Below, piece by piece: positions 1 through 7,361 of a stretch of DNA of 64,000 nucleotides. Position numbers and translations under genes: made by a program. Location of the stretch: assembly GCA_964549585.1 (NCBI GenBank), contig CAZJWA010000009.1, positions 2,834 through 66,833 of the forward strand. The letters are read 5' to 3'. The stretch is from an uncultured Butyrivibrio sp. (GTDB lineage: Bacteria; Bacillota; Clostridia; Lachnospirales; Lachnospiraceae). How positions within the stretch are numbered: the first letter of the stretch is position 1; each line of letters begins with the position of its first letter. The notes beneath the pieces were generated by a model, which was given only the letters and a program-made list of their open reading frames with translations, did no database searches and was not told the DNA's origin.

Positions 1-368
1 ATCTTTCCTGGAATCCCTTTAAAAATCTCGCTCTTTTGGTCAATCTCTGCATCTGACTGTTTACCATGCATGAGCTTTGAAGCATATGTTACGGTTCCGC
101 CAAAGCTTTCGCAAATTGCCTGGTGCCCAAGGCAAACGCCCATTATCGGAAATACTCCTCCCAGCTCTCTGACTATATCTTCACATATCCCGGCCTCAGA
201 AGGCTTCCCTGGCCCTGGTGATAGGACTATGGCTTTAGGAGAGAGCTTTTTTATCTCATCAATTGTTATTTCATCATTTCGCACAGTCTTAATTTCAGGA
301 TAAATTTCTCCAATCATCTGATACAAGTTGTATGTGAAGCTATCATAATTATCAATAATTAGTATCAT
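1..368 (-). CDS. trpG: anthranilate synthase component II / glutamine amidotransferase (TrpG/PabA type); N-terminal part, runs off the window edge
   Basis: It is absent from the ORF track because it is open at the edge. My translation of the reverse complement from the ATG at 368-366 is MILIIDNYDSFTYNLYQMIGEIYPEIKTVRNDEITIDEIKKLSPKAIVLSPGPGKPSEAGICEDIVRELGGVFPIMGVCLGHQ. This carries the class-I GATase hallmarks IDNYDSFT and catalytic GVCLGHQ. The ATG overlaps the trpE stop (ATGA). Confidence 0.9.
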   Translation of the reverse strand, partial: MILIIDNYDSFTYNLYQMIGEIYPEIKTVRNDEITIDEIKKLSPKAIVLSPGPGKPSEAGICEDIVRELGGVFPIMGVCLGHQAICESFGGTVTYASKLMHGKQSDAEIDQKSEIFKGIPGK

Positions 369-1828
369 AACCTTGATGCCTCCTTTAATGCCTCGACAAC
401 TGCCCCGGCTTTATTTACGCATTCCTGAAATTCCTTTTGAGATACGCTGTCAGCAACTATTCCTGCTCCTGACCTTACAAAAACTTTTTGTCCCTTTCTA
501 TAAGCAAGTCTTATAGCAATGCAGGTATCAAGATTTCCGGCAAAATCCACATAGCCTATTGCTCCTCCATATATTCCGCGTTTATCGTTTTCCAGCTCAT
601 CAATTATCTGGCAAGCACGAATCTTTGGTGCACCGGAAAGAGTTCCTGCAGGAAGAACGCTGTCAACAGCATCTATTGCGGAGTACTGTATGCTAAGCCT
701 CCCTTTTATCTCAGAGCCGATATGCATTACATGTGAAAATCTCTCAACTGCCATATATTTTTCAACTTCAACAGTCCCATAATCGCAAAGCTTCCCAAGG
801 TCATTTCTTCCAAGATCCACAAGCATATTATGCTCTGCCTTTTCCTTCTCATCGCTAAGGAGCTTTTTTTCAAGCATCTGATCCTCATAGAAATTCGCAC
901 CCCGTTTACTCGTACCGGCAAGAGGAAATGTCTTTATCTCGCGTCCCGTCACCTTTACAAGCGTTTCAGGCGAAGCTCCTGCTATCTCTGTATCTCCTGA
1001 AAAGTAAAACATATACGGTGATGGATTCGTTGTTCTAAGCACTCTATATGTATCAAGAAGGCTTCCTTCGAAATCGGCTTCCATTGGATTTGAGAGGACA
1101 AGCTGGAAGATATCGCCTTCATATATATGCTTTTTAACCTTTGTGACCATTTCGCAGTATTCTTTTTCTGAAAACTTAGGCCTTATTTCGCTAAGAAGTT
1201 TTCCCTTTTTTCTCTCTAACGATGCTGCGCTTTCTACAAGCCTTTGCATCTCATCAAGTGCAATTTGTGCTTTGGCAAAAGAGCTTTCAATGCAGGAAGT
1301 TTTAACATTGGCGATAAGAATAATCTTCTGTTTATAGTTATCGAAGCAGATAAGCTTATCAAAGAGCATCAGATCCATATCGCTGAAACCATTATTATTC
1401 TCTGAGCTAAATTTAAGTGACGGCTCGCCATATTGCATATATTCATATGAAAAATAGCCTACCAGCCCTCCTGTAAATGTTGGAAAGCCTTCGACTAATG
1501 GTGCCTTATTTTCATCAAGTATTTTCCTGATGTAGTCTCCCGGATGCTTTGTTTCAACTTCAAGTTTCCCACCTGCAATAACTGTAAGGACATGATCTGT
1601 GCATGATAGTTCCATCTTTGGGTCATACCCAAGGAAAGAATATCTTCCCCACTGCATATCGCTTCCTGCACTCTCTAGCAAAAAGCAGTGTTCACTAACG
1701 CTTTGAAGCGACCTGAGTGTTTCAACAGGAGTTCTTACATCAGCAAAAATTTCTCTCTTTACAGGGATGAGCTTGTAGTCCCCCGTGGCCGCAACCTTTT
1801 TTACTTCTTCAATAGATGTCTGATTCAT
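365..1828 (-). CDS. trpE: anthranilate synthase component I
   Basis: The 487-aa ORF has typical TrpE features: N-terminal LIPV..ADVRTPV, LLES, and C-terminal chorismate-binding motifs (GTLSGAPKIRA, GIYGGAIGY). It is translationally coupled to trpG and sits downstream of a Trp T-box leader. Confidence 0.93.
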   Translation of the reverse strand: MNQTSIEEVKKVAATGDYKLIPVKREIFADVRTPVETLRSLQSVSEHCFLLESAGSDMQWGRYSFLGYDPKMELSCTDHVLTVIAGGKLEVETKHPGDYIRKILDENKAPLVEGFPTFTGGLVGYFSYEYMQYGEPSLKFSSENNNGFSDMDLMLFDKLICFDNYKQKIILIANVKTSCIESSFAKAQIALDEMQRLVESAASLERKKGKLLSEIRPKFSEKEYCEMVTKVKKHIYEGDIFQLVLSNPMEADFEGSLLDTYRVLRTTNPSPYMFYFSGDTEIAGASPETLVKVTGREIKTFPLAGTSKRGANFYEDQMLEKKLLSDEKEKAEHNMLVDLGRNDLGKLCDYGTVEVEKYMAVERFSHVMHIGSEIKGRLSIQYSAIDAVDSVLPAGTLSGAPKIRACQIIDELENDKRGIYGGAIGYVDFAGNLDTCIAIRLAYRKGQKVFVRSGAGIVADSVSQKEFQECVNKAGAVVEALKEASRL

Positions 1829-1877
1829 TCCTCTCTTCTCCTTCTTTCAACTACCTGCAGGTTAATTCAAGGTTTTT

Positions 1878-1916
1878 GTGCAAGCACAAATCTGTATGCC
1901 CAGCTCATTACTTACA
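1878..1916 (-). repeat. copy B of a 39-nt hairpin module in the trp leader
   Basis: The plus strand reads gtgcaagcacaaatctgtatgcccagctcattacttaca, a 36/39 match to 2013-2051. It is immediately preceded on the mRNA by an 11-bp hairpin (1916-1940, AATCGAGTAGG/CCTACTCGATT). Confidence 0.8.
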
Positions 1917-2012
1917 ATCGAGTAGGTTCCCTACTCGATTAAGATAATGATATCCGTCATCTCATGACTATCGTCATTCGATGATGGATATTCGCCAAAT
2001 ATACAGATTTTC

Positions 2013-2051
2013 GTGCAAGCACAAATCTGTATGCTTGGCTCATTACTTACA
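2013..2051 (-). repeat. copy A of a 39-nt hairpin module in the trp leader
   Basis: The plus strand reads gtgcaagcacaaatctgtatgcttggctcattacttaca. On the mRNA it starts right after the U-run of the T-box terminator. Confidence 0.8.
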
Positions 2052-2052
2052 C

Positions 2053-2335
2053 AAAAAAGTCCCTGGCAAAGCATATTTCTATGCTCTGCCAAGGACGAGT
2101 ATTCTTCTCGCGGTGCCACCTTGTCTCATCATCTATACAAATCTAATATAAATAGGTATAAATGATACTCTCTGCAGGATACAAACATATCCCCGACAAC
2201 TAACGTATGTCTTTACGTCATGAAATACTAAGCCAAAGGCTTTTCAGCATGCCCTCTGCGGTCCATTTGCGAATAGCATTCTATCCGGATTCCATCACCC
2301 CGAACTCTCTGTAAGTGCTCTTTTCGTTTCATCTC
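2053..2335 (-). promoter_or_regulatory. T-box riboswitch leader, tryptophan specifier (UGG), with intrinsic terminator
   Basis: The minus strand contains the T-box core GGUGGCACCGCGAG (reverse complement of 2109-2120). This is followed by the terminator CCUUGGCAGAGCAUAGAAAUAUGCUUUGCCAGGGAC plus U6 (2053-2096). A Stem I-like AGAGAG lies at 2305-2310. The specifier-loop-like sequence GCAAAUGGAC has UGG at 2265-2263 followed by a purine. Confidence 0.85.
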
Positions 2336-2362
2336 CGCTTCAACGGTTTTGATATTATTAAA

Positions 2363-2391
2363 ATTATAAAAACACAGCTTTATCTTGTCAA
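2363..2391 (-). promoter_or_regulatory. sigma-70/SigA-type promoter for the trp leader
   Basis: The minus strand reads TTGACA, then 17 nt, then TATAAT (reverse complement of 2386-2391 and 2363-2368). Both hexamers match the consensus perfectly, just upstream of the T-box. Confidence 0.65.
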
Positions 2392-2469
2392 TGTTTTTTT
2401 GAATAAATATTCATTTTCTATATCAATACTAAATATATATTAAATAAAAAATATGCTAATATACTTCTC

Positions 2470-3369
2470 ATGGAATATAAAAAATTATCAGATGAACTAA
2501 AAAAAGAATTCGGAACAAAGGTATACAAATTATCACTTCAAAGTGGCTGCACCTGTCCAAACCGTGACGGAAAAATCAGCTTTGGTGGGTGCAGCTTCTG
2601 CTCTGAAGGCGGAAGCGGTGATTTTGCCGCGCCTCTTCTTCATATAGATGAACAGATTTTACTTGCAAAAGAAAAGGTTGATTCTAAGTTTTCAAAAAAA
2701 GCCTCTGCTTCCGAGCGAAAATACATTGCATATTTTCAGTCCTATACAAATACCTATGGGGATACTAACGAGTTAAAAAAGATATTTCTGCAGGCAATAA
2801 ATCATGATGAAATTGTTGCAGTTTCAATTGGAACAAGACCTGACTGTCTCTCTAACGAAATGGTCTGCATGTTATCTGATCTAAACAAAATTAAACCCAT
2901 ATGGATTGAGCTTGGACTTCAGACAACAAATGAAGAAAGCGCAAGAAAATTTGGACGTGGCTATAAGCTTCCGGTTTTTGAGGATGCTTACAAAAGGCTT
3001 AAAGAAGCCGGATTAACAGTAATCGTTCATGTAATTCTTGGGCTCCCAGGCGAAACAGAAAAAGATATGCTTGGTACCGTGAAATATTTATCAAAGCTAC
3101 AGCCTACCCTTGACGGAATAAAGCTGCAGCTCCTTCATGTACTTAAGGGTACAAGGCTTGCTTCGCAGTATGAAGAAGCGCCCTTCCATATCCTTACTCT
3201 AGATGAATACTGCAGCCTTATTGTAAAGTGCTTAAAGCTTTTACCAAAAGAAACAATTGTCCACAGAATTACCGGTGATGGACCAAAAAGTCTTCTTATT
3301 GCGCCTCTTTGGAGCGCTGACAAGAAAAGAGTCCTTAATGCCCTTACAAAATGCATAAAGGAAAGCTGA
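2470..3369 (+). CDS. TIGR01212-family radical SAM protein (YhcC-like)
   Basis: The 299-aa ORF has an N-terminal CTCPNRDG...GGCSFCSEGGSG cysteine pattern and the overall layout typical of this radical SAM subfamily. Confidence 0.8.
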   Translation: MEYKKLSDELKKEFGTKVYKLSLQSGCTCPNRDGKISFGGCSFCSEGGSGDFAAPLLHIDEQILLAKEKVDSKFSKKASASERKYIAYFQSYTNTYGDTNELKKIFLQAINHDEIVAVSIGTRPDCLSNEMVCMLSDLNKIKPIWIELGLQTTNEESARKFGRGYKLPVFEDAYKRLKEAGLTVIVHVILGLPGETEKDMLGTVKYLSKLQPTLDGIKLQLLHVLKGTRLASQYEEAPFHILTLDEYCSLIVKCLKLLPKETIVHRITGDGPKSLLIAPLWSADKKRVLNALTKCIKES

Positions 3370-3404
3370 CCAAAAAGTTCTTCTCTGTAGGCGCACTTTT
3401 CTAC

Positions 3405-3450
3405 AAAAAAAGAAGCAAAACCTTCTATCCGGTTTTACTTCTTTTTTCTT
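3405..3450. terminator. bidirectional intrinsic terminator between convergent genes
   Basis: A7 is followed by AGAAGCAAAACC, a loop, GGTTTTACTTCT (one mismatch), then T6. It lies between the stop of the radical SAM gene and the stop of the TPM gene. Confidence 0.7.
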
Positions 3451-3457
3451 TTATTTT

Positions 3458-4336
3458 CTAGAAATGTCCGCTGCTTCCACCGTGGCTTACTCCGCCTGAA
3501 GACATATGCGTTGAGCTTCCACCACCATTATCCTTTGGAATTGGTGTCTTAGTAACAACGTGGCGAATAAATAAATCCTTATCAATAGTAAGTGTCATAT
3601 TTCCTCTATCGCCATACGCATCGGCATCTCTTTGGGGCTTCACTGTCTTTAATTCTGTTCTCATTATAAGAAGTGCAATTAGTCCACAAATCAATCCGAT
3701 AATAATACAAATGATTATAGCAAGCGGCGTTACAGAATTTTGCGGCATATTTCCAACGTCGTATGGCGTTCCTGTACTTGCCTGTTCCAAGAACATTTCG
3801 CAATAAGTTGAAAACAAACTAAATGCAGTATAATAATCTCCATCAGAAAGATAAGGAATCATTGAGTCTGTCATATAAGACTGTCCCTCATCAGTAAATT
3901 TATTTATTGCACTTCCATAGGTTGAAATAGCCCATGATCTGTCGTCCATCGCAAGTGCAAAAACTATTCCACCATCTCTTTTGCCAAAACCAAAATCATT
4001 ACTATCAGACGTATCATCAGCAAACTCAGTTATCGTATACTGCGGGTAGCTATCAGTTGTAATAACAAGTATTTCGCAGTCCCACTTGGCTGCAACTTGG
4101 TTCATCTGAGTAAGAAGACTTTCTTCCTCACTTTCAGAAAGTAAATCAGCATTATCAACGACATATCCTTTTGCTAAATCATCTGCAGATGTATCTATTG
4201 TAGCCTCTAGAGTAGCTTCAGAAGCTGATACTCCCATAGGAGTATTAAACATAGTTAAAGTGATAAACAGTACTGCAAATGCATATCTTATAGCAGCACT
4301 AAACACTTTTCTATTCTTTCCTACACAATTATGCAT
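3458..4336 (-). CDS. TPM-domain membrane protein (YdjH/YgcG-like)
   Basis: It has a signal/TM segment, then a TPM_phosphatase-like core (YVVDNADLLSESEE...ILVITTDS), a TM helix and a Gly/Ser-rich tail (GGGSSTHMSSGGVSHGGSSGHF). The track ORF starts at GTG 4345. The ATG at 4336 has an AGGTGA RBS 5 nt upstream. Confidence 0.75.
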   Translation of the reverse strand: MHNCVGKNRKVFSAAIRYAFAVLFITLTMFNTPMGVSASEATLEATIDTSADDLAKGYVVDNADLLSESEEESLLTQMNQVAAKWDCEILVITTDSYPQYTITEFADDTSDSNDFGFGKRDGGIVFALAMDDRSWAISTYGSAINKFTDEGQSYMTDSMIPYLSDGDYYTAFSLFSTYCEMFLEQASTGTPYDVGNMPQNSVTPLAIIICIIIGLICGLIALLIMRTELKTVKPQRDADAYGDRGNMTLTIDKDLFIRHVVTKTPIPKDNGGGSSTHMSSGGVSHGGSSGHF

Positions 4337-4404
4337 AGCAATCACCTAATCAGGCAGCATTGTTCAATAAAGTGAACTTTCTTACCTGTTTTCCTCCCTG
4401 ATTC

Positions 4405-5499
4405 TTAGAATCTGACAATAAGCTCAACAATAATAGCAACTACAGAAAAAATCGCACTAAACATACTAAAATACATCAGAGCGCGCTTATTATCCATTGG
4501 AAGATTACCAACAAATTTTCCTGTCTGTCCATTCATTGCAAAAAGATAATGCTTATTTTTCCATGTCGTATTAAGTATCCATACAGGATAAAGAGCATAC
4601 TTTGCCTTTGCATCATTAAGATCAATACTGGTAGCTACAGGTCTTACAGAAGAATATCCGCCGACAGTACCTCTTACAATATCACTTGTACTTGTTGTCA
4701 TTCTCTCTTTGGCCCTGGGTTCTGCTGCAGTATCATCAACATCATATTTGTTGGCAACAAAGCCAGCTAAATATGCACTGCTATAATCCTTGATCTCATT
4801 CATGTTAAATGGCTCAATTGATTCCGTCAGATCATTTGGCATCTTCTCAGAACCATCAACAGGAACGTTTTCAAAGCCAAGTGTCCCTGCTCTTTGAATA
4901 TCGTAATAGCTCGTATCCGTATAGTTATACCTTGAATCACTCCATGTTTTTATCTTTGTTCCTTCATACTTAATGTTAAATTTTGAAAGAGAATCAAAGA
5001 GCCAGTATGGAATATAAACACCCTTAATTTCATCAATATGATTTTCATCAAAAAAAGTTTTGGGAATCAGCTTCTTCTTGCCAAGAAACTTCTTATACAT
5101 CTTTTTGGCTTCATCCTTATTAAGCTTGAAAGGAATTACAAGATCAGGAGTCCTTCCTCCCTCAAATATTTCCTTAAAAACTACATTATTACCGCAAAAA
5201 GGACATTTCGTAGCTCCAGTTTCCTTATCAGCAATTATTTCTCCGCCGCAGGACTGGCAGATATATACAGACATGTTACTGTCAAAGCCAGCCTGATCTG
5301 CTGCTTCATCGCTCATTTTGGCTTTGTTATCTGACTTATTCTCATCAGACTCCGAATTAGCCGCATCTTTTTTTAATAAATCCTCGTACTCCTCTATAGA
5401 TATGACAGTATCGCAAAAAGGACATTTTAATTTTTGAAGTTCCGGATCAAATTCCATCGTACCGCCGCACGCGGGACACTTATATTCCTGTGATGCCAT
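4405..5499 (-). CDS. double zinc-ribbon protein with C-terminal TM anchor (YdjG-like)
   Basis: There are two CPxCG...CPFC ribbons (residues 8-30 and 81-103), a central YIPYWLFD-containing domain and a hydrophobic C-terminus (ALMYFSMFSAIFSVVAIIVELIV). Confidence 0.7.
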   Translation of the reverse strand: MASQEYKCPACGGTMEFDPELQKLKCPFCDTVISIEEYEDLLKKDAANSESDENKSDNKAKMSDEAADQAGFDSNMSVYICQSCGGEIIADKETGATKCPFCGNNVVFKEIFEGGRTPDLVIPFKLNKDEAKKMYKKFLGKKKLIPKTFFDENHIDEIKGVYIPYWLFDSLSKFNIKYEGTKIKTWSDSRYNYTDTSYYDIQRAGTLGFENVPVDGSEKMPNDLTESIEPFNMNEIKDYSSAYLAGFVANKYDVDDTAAEPRAKERMTTSTSDIVRGTVGGYSSVRPVATSIDLNDAKAKYALYPVWILNTTWKNKHYLFAMNGQTGKFVGNLPMDNKRALMYFSMFSAIFSVVAIIVELIVRF

Positions 5500-5536
5500 T
5501 TATAACCTCCATGGTATTCCTGATAAACTCAGTAAA

Positions 5537-5590
5537 AAGCCTATGGCTTCGCTTAATTTATAAAATAGCAAAAGCCATAGGTTTTATTAT
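5537..5590 (-). terminator. hairpin plus U-run between the SPFH gene and the zinc-ribbon gene (terminator or attenuator)
   Basis: The arms are AAGCCTATGGCTT (5537-5549) and AAGCCATAGGTTT (5572-5584), with a 22-nt loop. On the minus strand the hairpin is followed by UUUUU. Confidence 0.55.
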
Positions 5591-5611
5591 CTATAATCAT
5601 TTCAAAAAATC

Positions 5612-6814
5612 TTATGCTCTTGGCTTTCCACAGTTACTGCAGAACTTTCCTGTGTTAACCGTGCCACATGAGCATGTCCACTGTGCTGGTGCCGGCTTTC
5701 CTGCTCCGCAGTTACTACAGAAATTTCCTGTATTAACTGTGCCGCAGGTACATGTCCATGAACCTGCAGGCGCTGCGTTTTGAGCTGACTGTGCCGGTGC
5801 TGCTGCCTGTCCCATCTTGTACAAATCTCCAGCATTTACTCCGCCGGCATTTGCTGCCATATTCATTCCTGCAAAAGCCATCATAGGTCCTGTAGCTGTA
5901 TTTCCTGCAGCAGTCTCCATTGCCTTAGCCTGAGCAGCAGTAAGAGTTGCAGCAGCCATATTAGGATTGGTAAGGACTGCATTTCTCTGCATTTCCTTAA
6001 TCATCTTCTCATCTTCTTCAGATGCATTTACAGAGCTTACACCAAAAGAGCTGATCTCTATTCCATAGGTCTTGCCCCACTTTTCAGATAAAACATCATT
6101 TAATGCATTTGCAATATCATCTGCATGAGCAGGAAGAGCACTGTATCTGATTCCCATCTCTGAAATCTTTGCAAGTGCAGGCTGAAGTGCTGTAAGAAGC
6201 TCGCTCTTAAGCTGAGAATCAATTTGGTCTCTGCTATATTCATCTGCAACATTTCCGCAAATATTCTTATAAAAAAGAATAGGATCTGTAATTTTATATG
6301 CATATTCGCCATGGCAGCGAATAGTAATATCTACATCAAGTCCGATGTTTGTATCTACTACTCTAAATGGAACCGGATTAGGAGTTCCGTATTTGTTACC
6401 AATAATTTCCTTCATATTGAAGAAATAAACTCTCTGGTCAGTACCTGTTCCTCCGCCAAAAGAGATTCTTCTTCCGAACTGATCGAAGCTATCGAGAATT
6501 CCCTTCTTCAAATCACCTGAGAAAATTGAAGGCTCTGTTGATGAATTATACTGAAAAGCACCAGGCTCATTACATACTTCAACAATAGCACCCTGATCGA
6601 CAATAATCATGCACTGGCCTTCATTAACAGCAATAACTGAACCATTTGTGATCAGATTGTCACTTGCCTTCTTATTTGCATTTCTTGAACCCGTAACACG
6701 AACTGCCTTTGCAGCAAGTGTATCTGCGTCAAATGAATCTACGCAGAAATATTCCTTCCACTGATCTGCAAGAACACCTGCAGCTGAACTTACAGCAACC
6801 TTAAGTAATCCCAT
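5612..6814 (-). CDS. SPFH/band-7 family protein with two C-terminal zinc ribbons (COG4260 / YdjI-like)
   Basis: The 400-aa ORF has the N-terminus MGLLK..AGVLADQWKEYF and ...ITNGSVIAVNEGQCMIIVDQG typical of this family. It also has an Ala/Gln-rich linker and a duplicated WTCxCGTVNTGxFCSNCG motif. Confidence 0.75.
   Translation of the reverse strand: MGLLKVAVSSAAGVLADQWKEYFCVDSFDADTLAAKAVRVTGSRNANKKASDNLITNGSVIAVNEGQCMIIVDQGAIVEVCNEPGAFQYNSSTEPSIFSGDLKKGILDSFDQFGRRISFGGGTGTDQRVYFFNMKEIIGNKYGTPNPVPFRVVDTNIGLDVDITIRCHGEYAYKITDPILFYKNICGNVADEYSRDQIDSQLKSELLTALQPALAKISEMGIRYSALPAHADDIANALNDVLSEKWGKTYGIEISSFGVSSVNASEEDEKMIKEMQRNAVLTNPNMAAATLTAAQAKAMETAAGNTATGPMMAFAGMNMAANAGGVNAGDLYKMGQAAAPAQSAQNAAPAGSWTCTCGTVNTGNFCSNCGAGKPAPAQWTCSCGTVNTGKFCSNCGKPRA
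5622..5765. repeat. 78-bp tandem duplication encoding the two zinc ribbons
   Basis: cagttactgcagaactttcctgtgttaaccgtgcc begins at 5631 and cagttactacagaaatttcctgtattaactgtgcc begins at 5709, giving a 78-bp period. Confidence 0.85.
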
Positions 6815-7151
6815 ATCATTCCTCCATCATAATAATTATCAATTAGTCTTAATTGGTAAAGAATTTTCAATCTATTTATGCATAAAAAAGCATACAACTT
6901 TACATAACAAAGATTTTATCATAATATCAATCGCCTTTGTATATTTATTATCTTTATTTTTTCTTAAGTTCTTTTTCCTTCAAAGTAAATAAGTCAAGTA
7001 CCTTTATAAAATTTTAGAAATATCATTTTTTGATAAGATTAACTTTAGATTTGCTTAAGAAAACATACACAGTTTAGTCAAAATTATTCGATATGATATT
7101 TACATCAGAAGGAAATAACTTCTGACTCCCCAACAAAACTTTTTTCATACC

Positions 7152-7179
7152 GAGCCACCTGGTTCCCGCCGGGTGGCTC
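7152..7179. repeat. isolated GC-rich hairpin in an AT-rich spacer
   Basis: GAGCCACC, a 12-nt loop, then GGTGGCTC. There is no adjacent T-run on either strand. Confidence 0.6.
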
Positions 7180-7266
7180 CTCCTCCAAAAATCAATTGGC
7201 AACGCTTAGTTATTGATTCTTCAAAAAAGTAAATCAGCGGTCAATTATTTATATAGAGTACTCGGC

Positions 7267-7306
7267 AAAGAAACGGACATCCGCAAAAGTAGATGTCCGT
7301 TTCTTT
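7267..7306 (-). terminator. intrinsic terminator after the L,D-transpeptidase gene
   Basis: A 15-bp perfect stem, AAAGAAACGGACATC / GATGTCCGTTTCTTT, with T-rich flanks. Confidence 0.75.
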
Positions 7307-7361
7307 ATATATTTATATCGTAATATGTTCTGCTTCAGTACTTTTCGAATAATTCCATTTG

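Noticed and set aside
70-303. 77-aa plus-strand ORF at the left edge
   Set aside because: It lies entirely antisense to a clear TrpG/PabA reading frame (IDNYDSFT, GVCLGHQ). It has no RBS, so I treat it as a shadow ORF.
1867-2043. Leader peptides starting at the AUGs inside the two repeat copies (29 and 13 codons; the latter contains one Trp codon)
   Set aside because: I kept this only as a remark inside the trp-leader finding. There is no convincing Shine-Dalgarno sequence upstream of either AUG and only a single Trp codon, so classical Trp-codon attenuation is not supported.
1829-2052. Possible TRAP-type (G/U)AG triplet array, or a second tandem T-box, in the distal trp leader
   Set aside because: GAG/UAG triplets are few and irregularly spaced, not the ~11 triplets at 2-3-nt spacing needed for TRAP. 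No second GGUGGNACCGCG core is present, so this is not a tandem T-box.
1931-2119. 62-aa minus-strand ORF in the trp leader
   Set aside because: It spans the T-box core and the terminator hairpin, has no RBS, and its composition follows the RNA structure. It is better explained as non-coding leader.
5490-5835. 97-aa plus-strand and 77-aa minus-strand ORFs at the SPFH gene 3' end
   Set aside because: They are artefacts of the 78-bp tandem duplication and overlap the well-supported zinc-ribbon coding frame.
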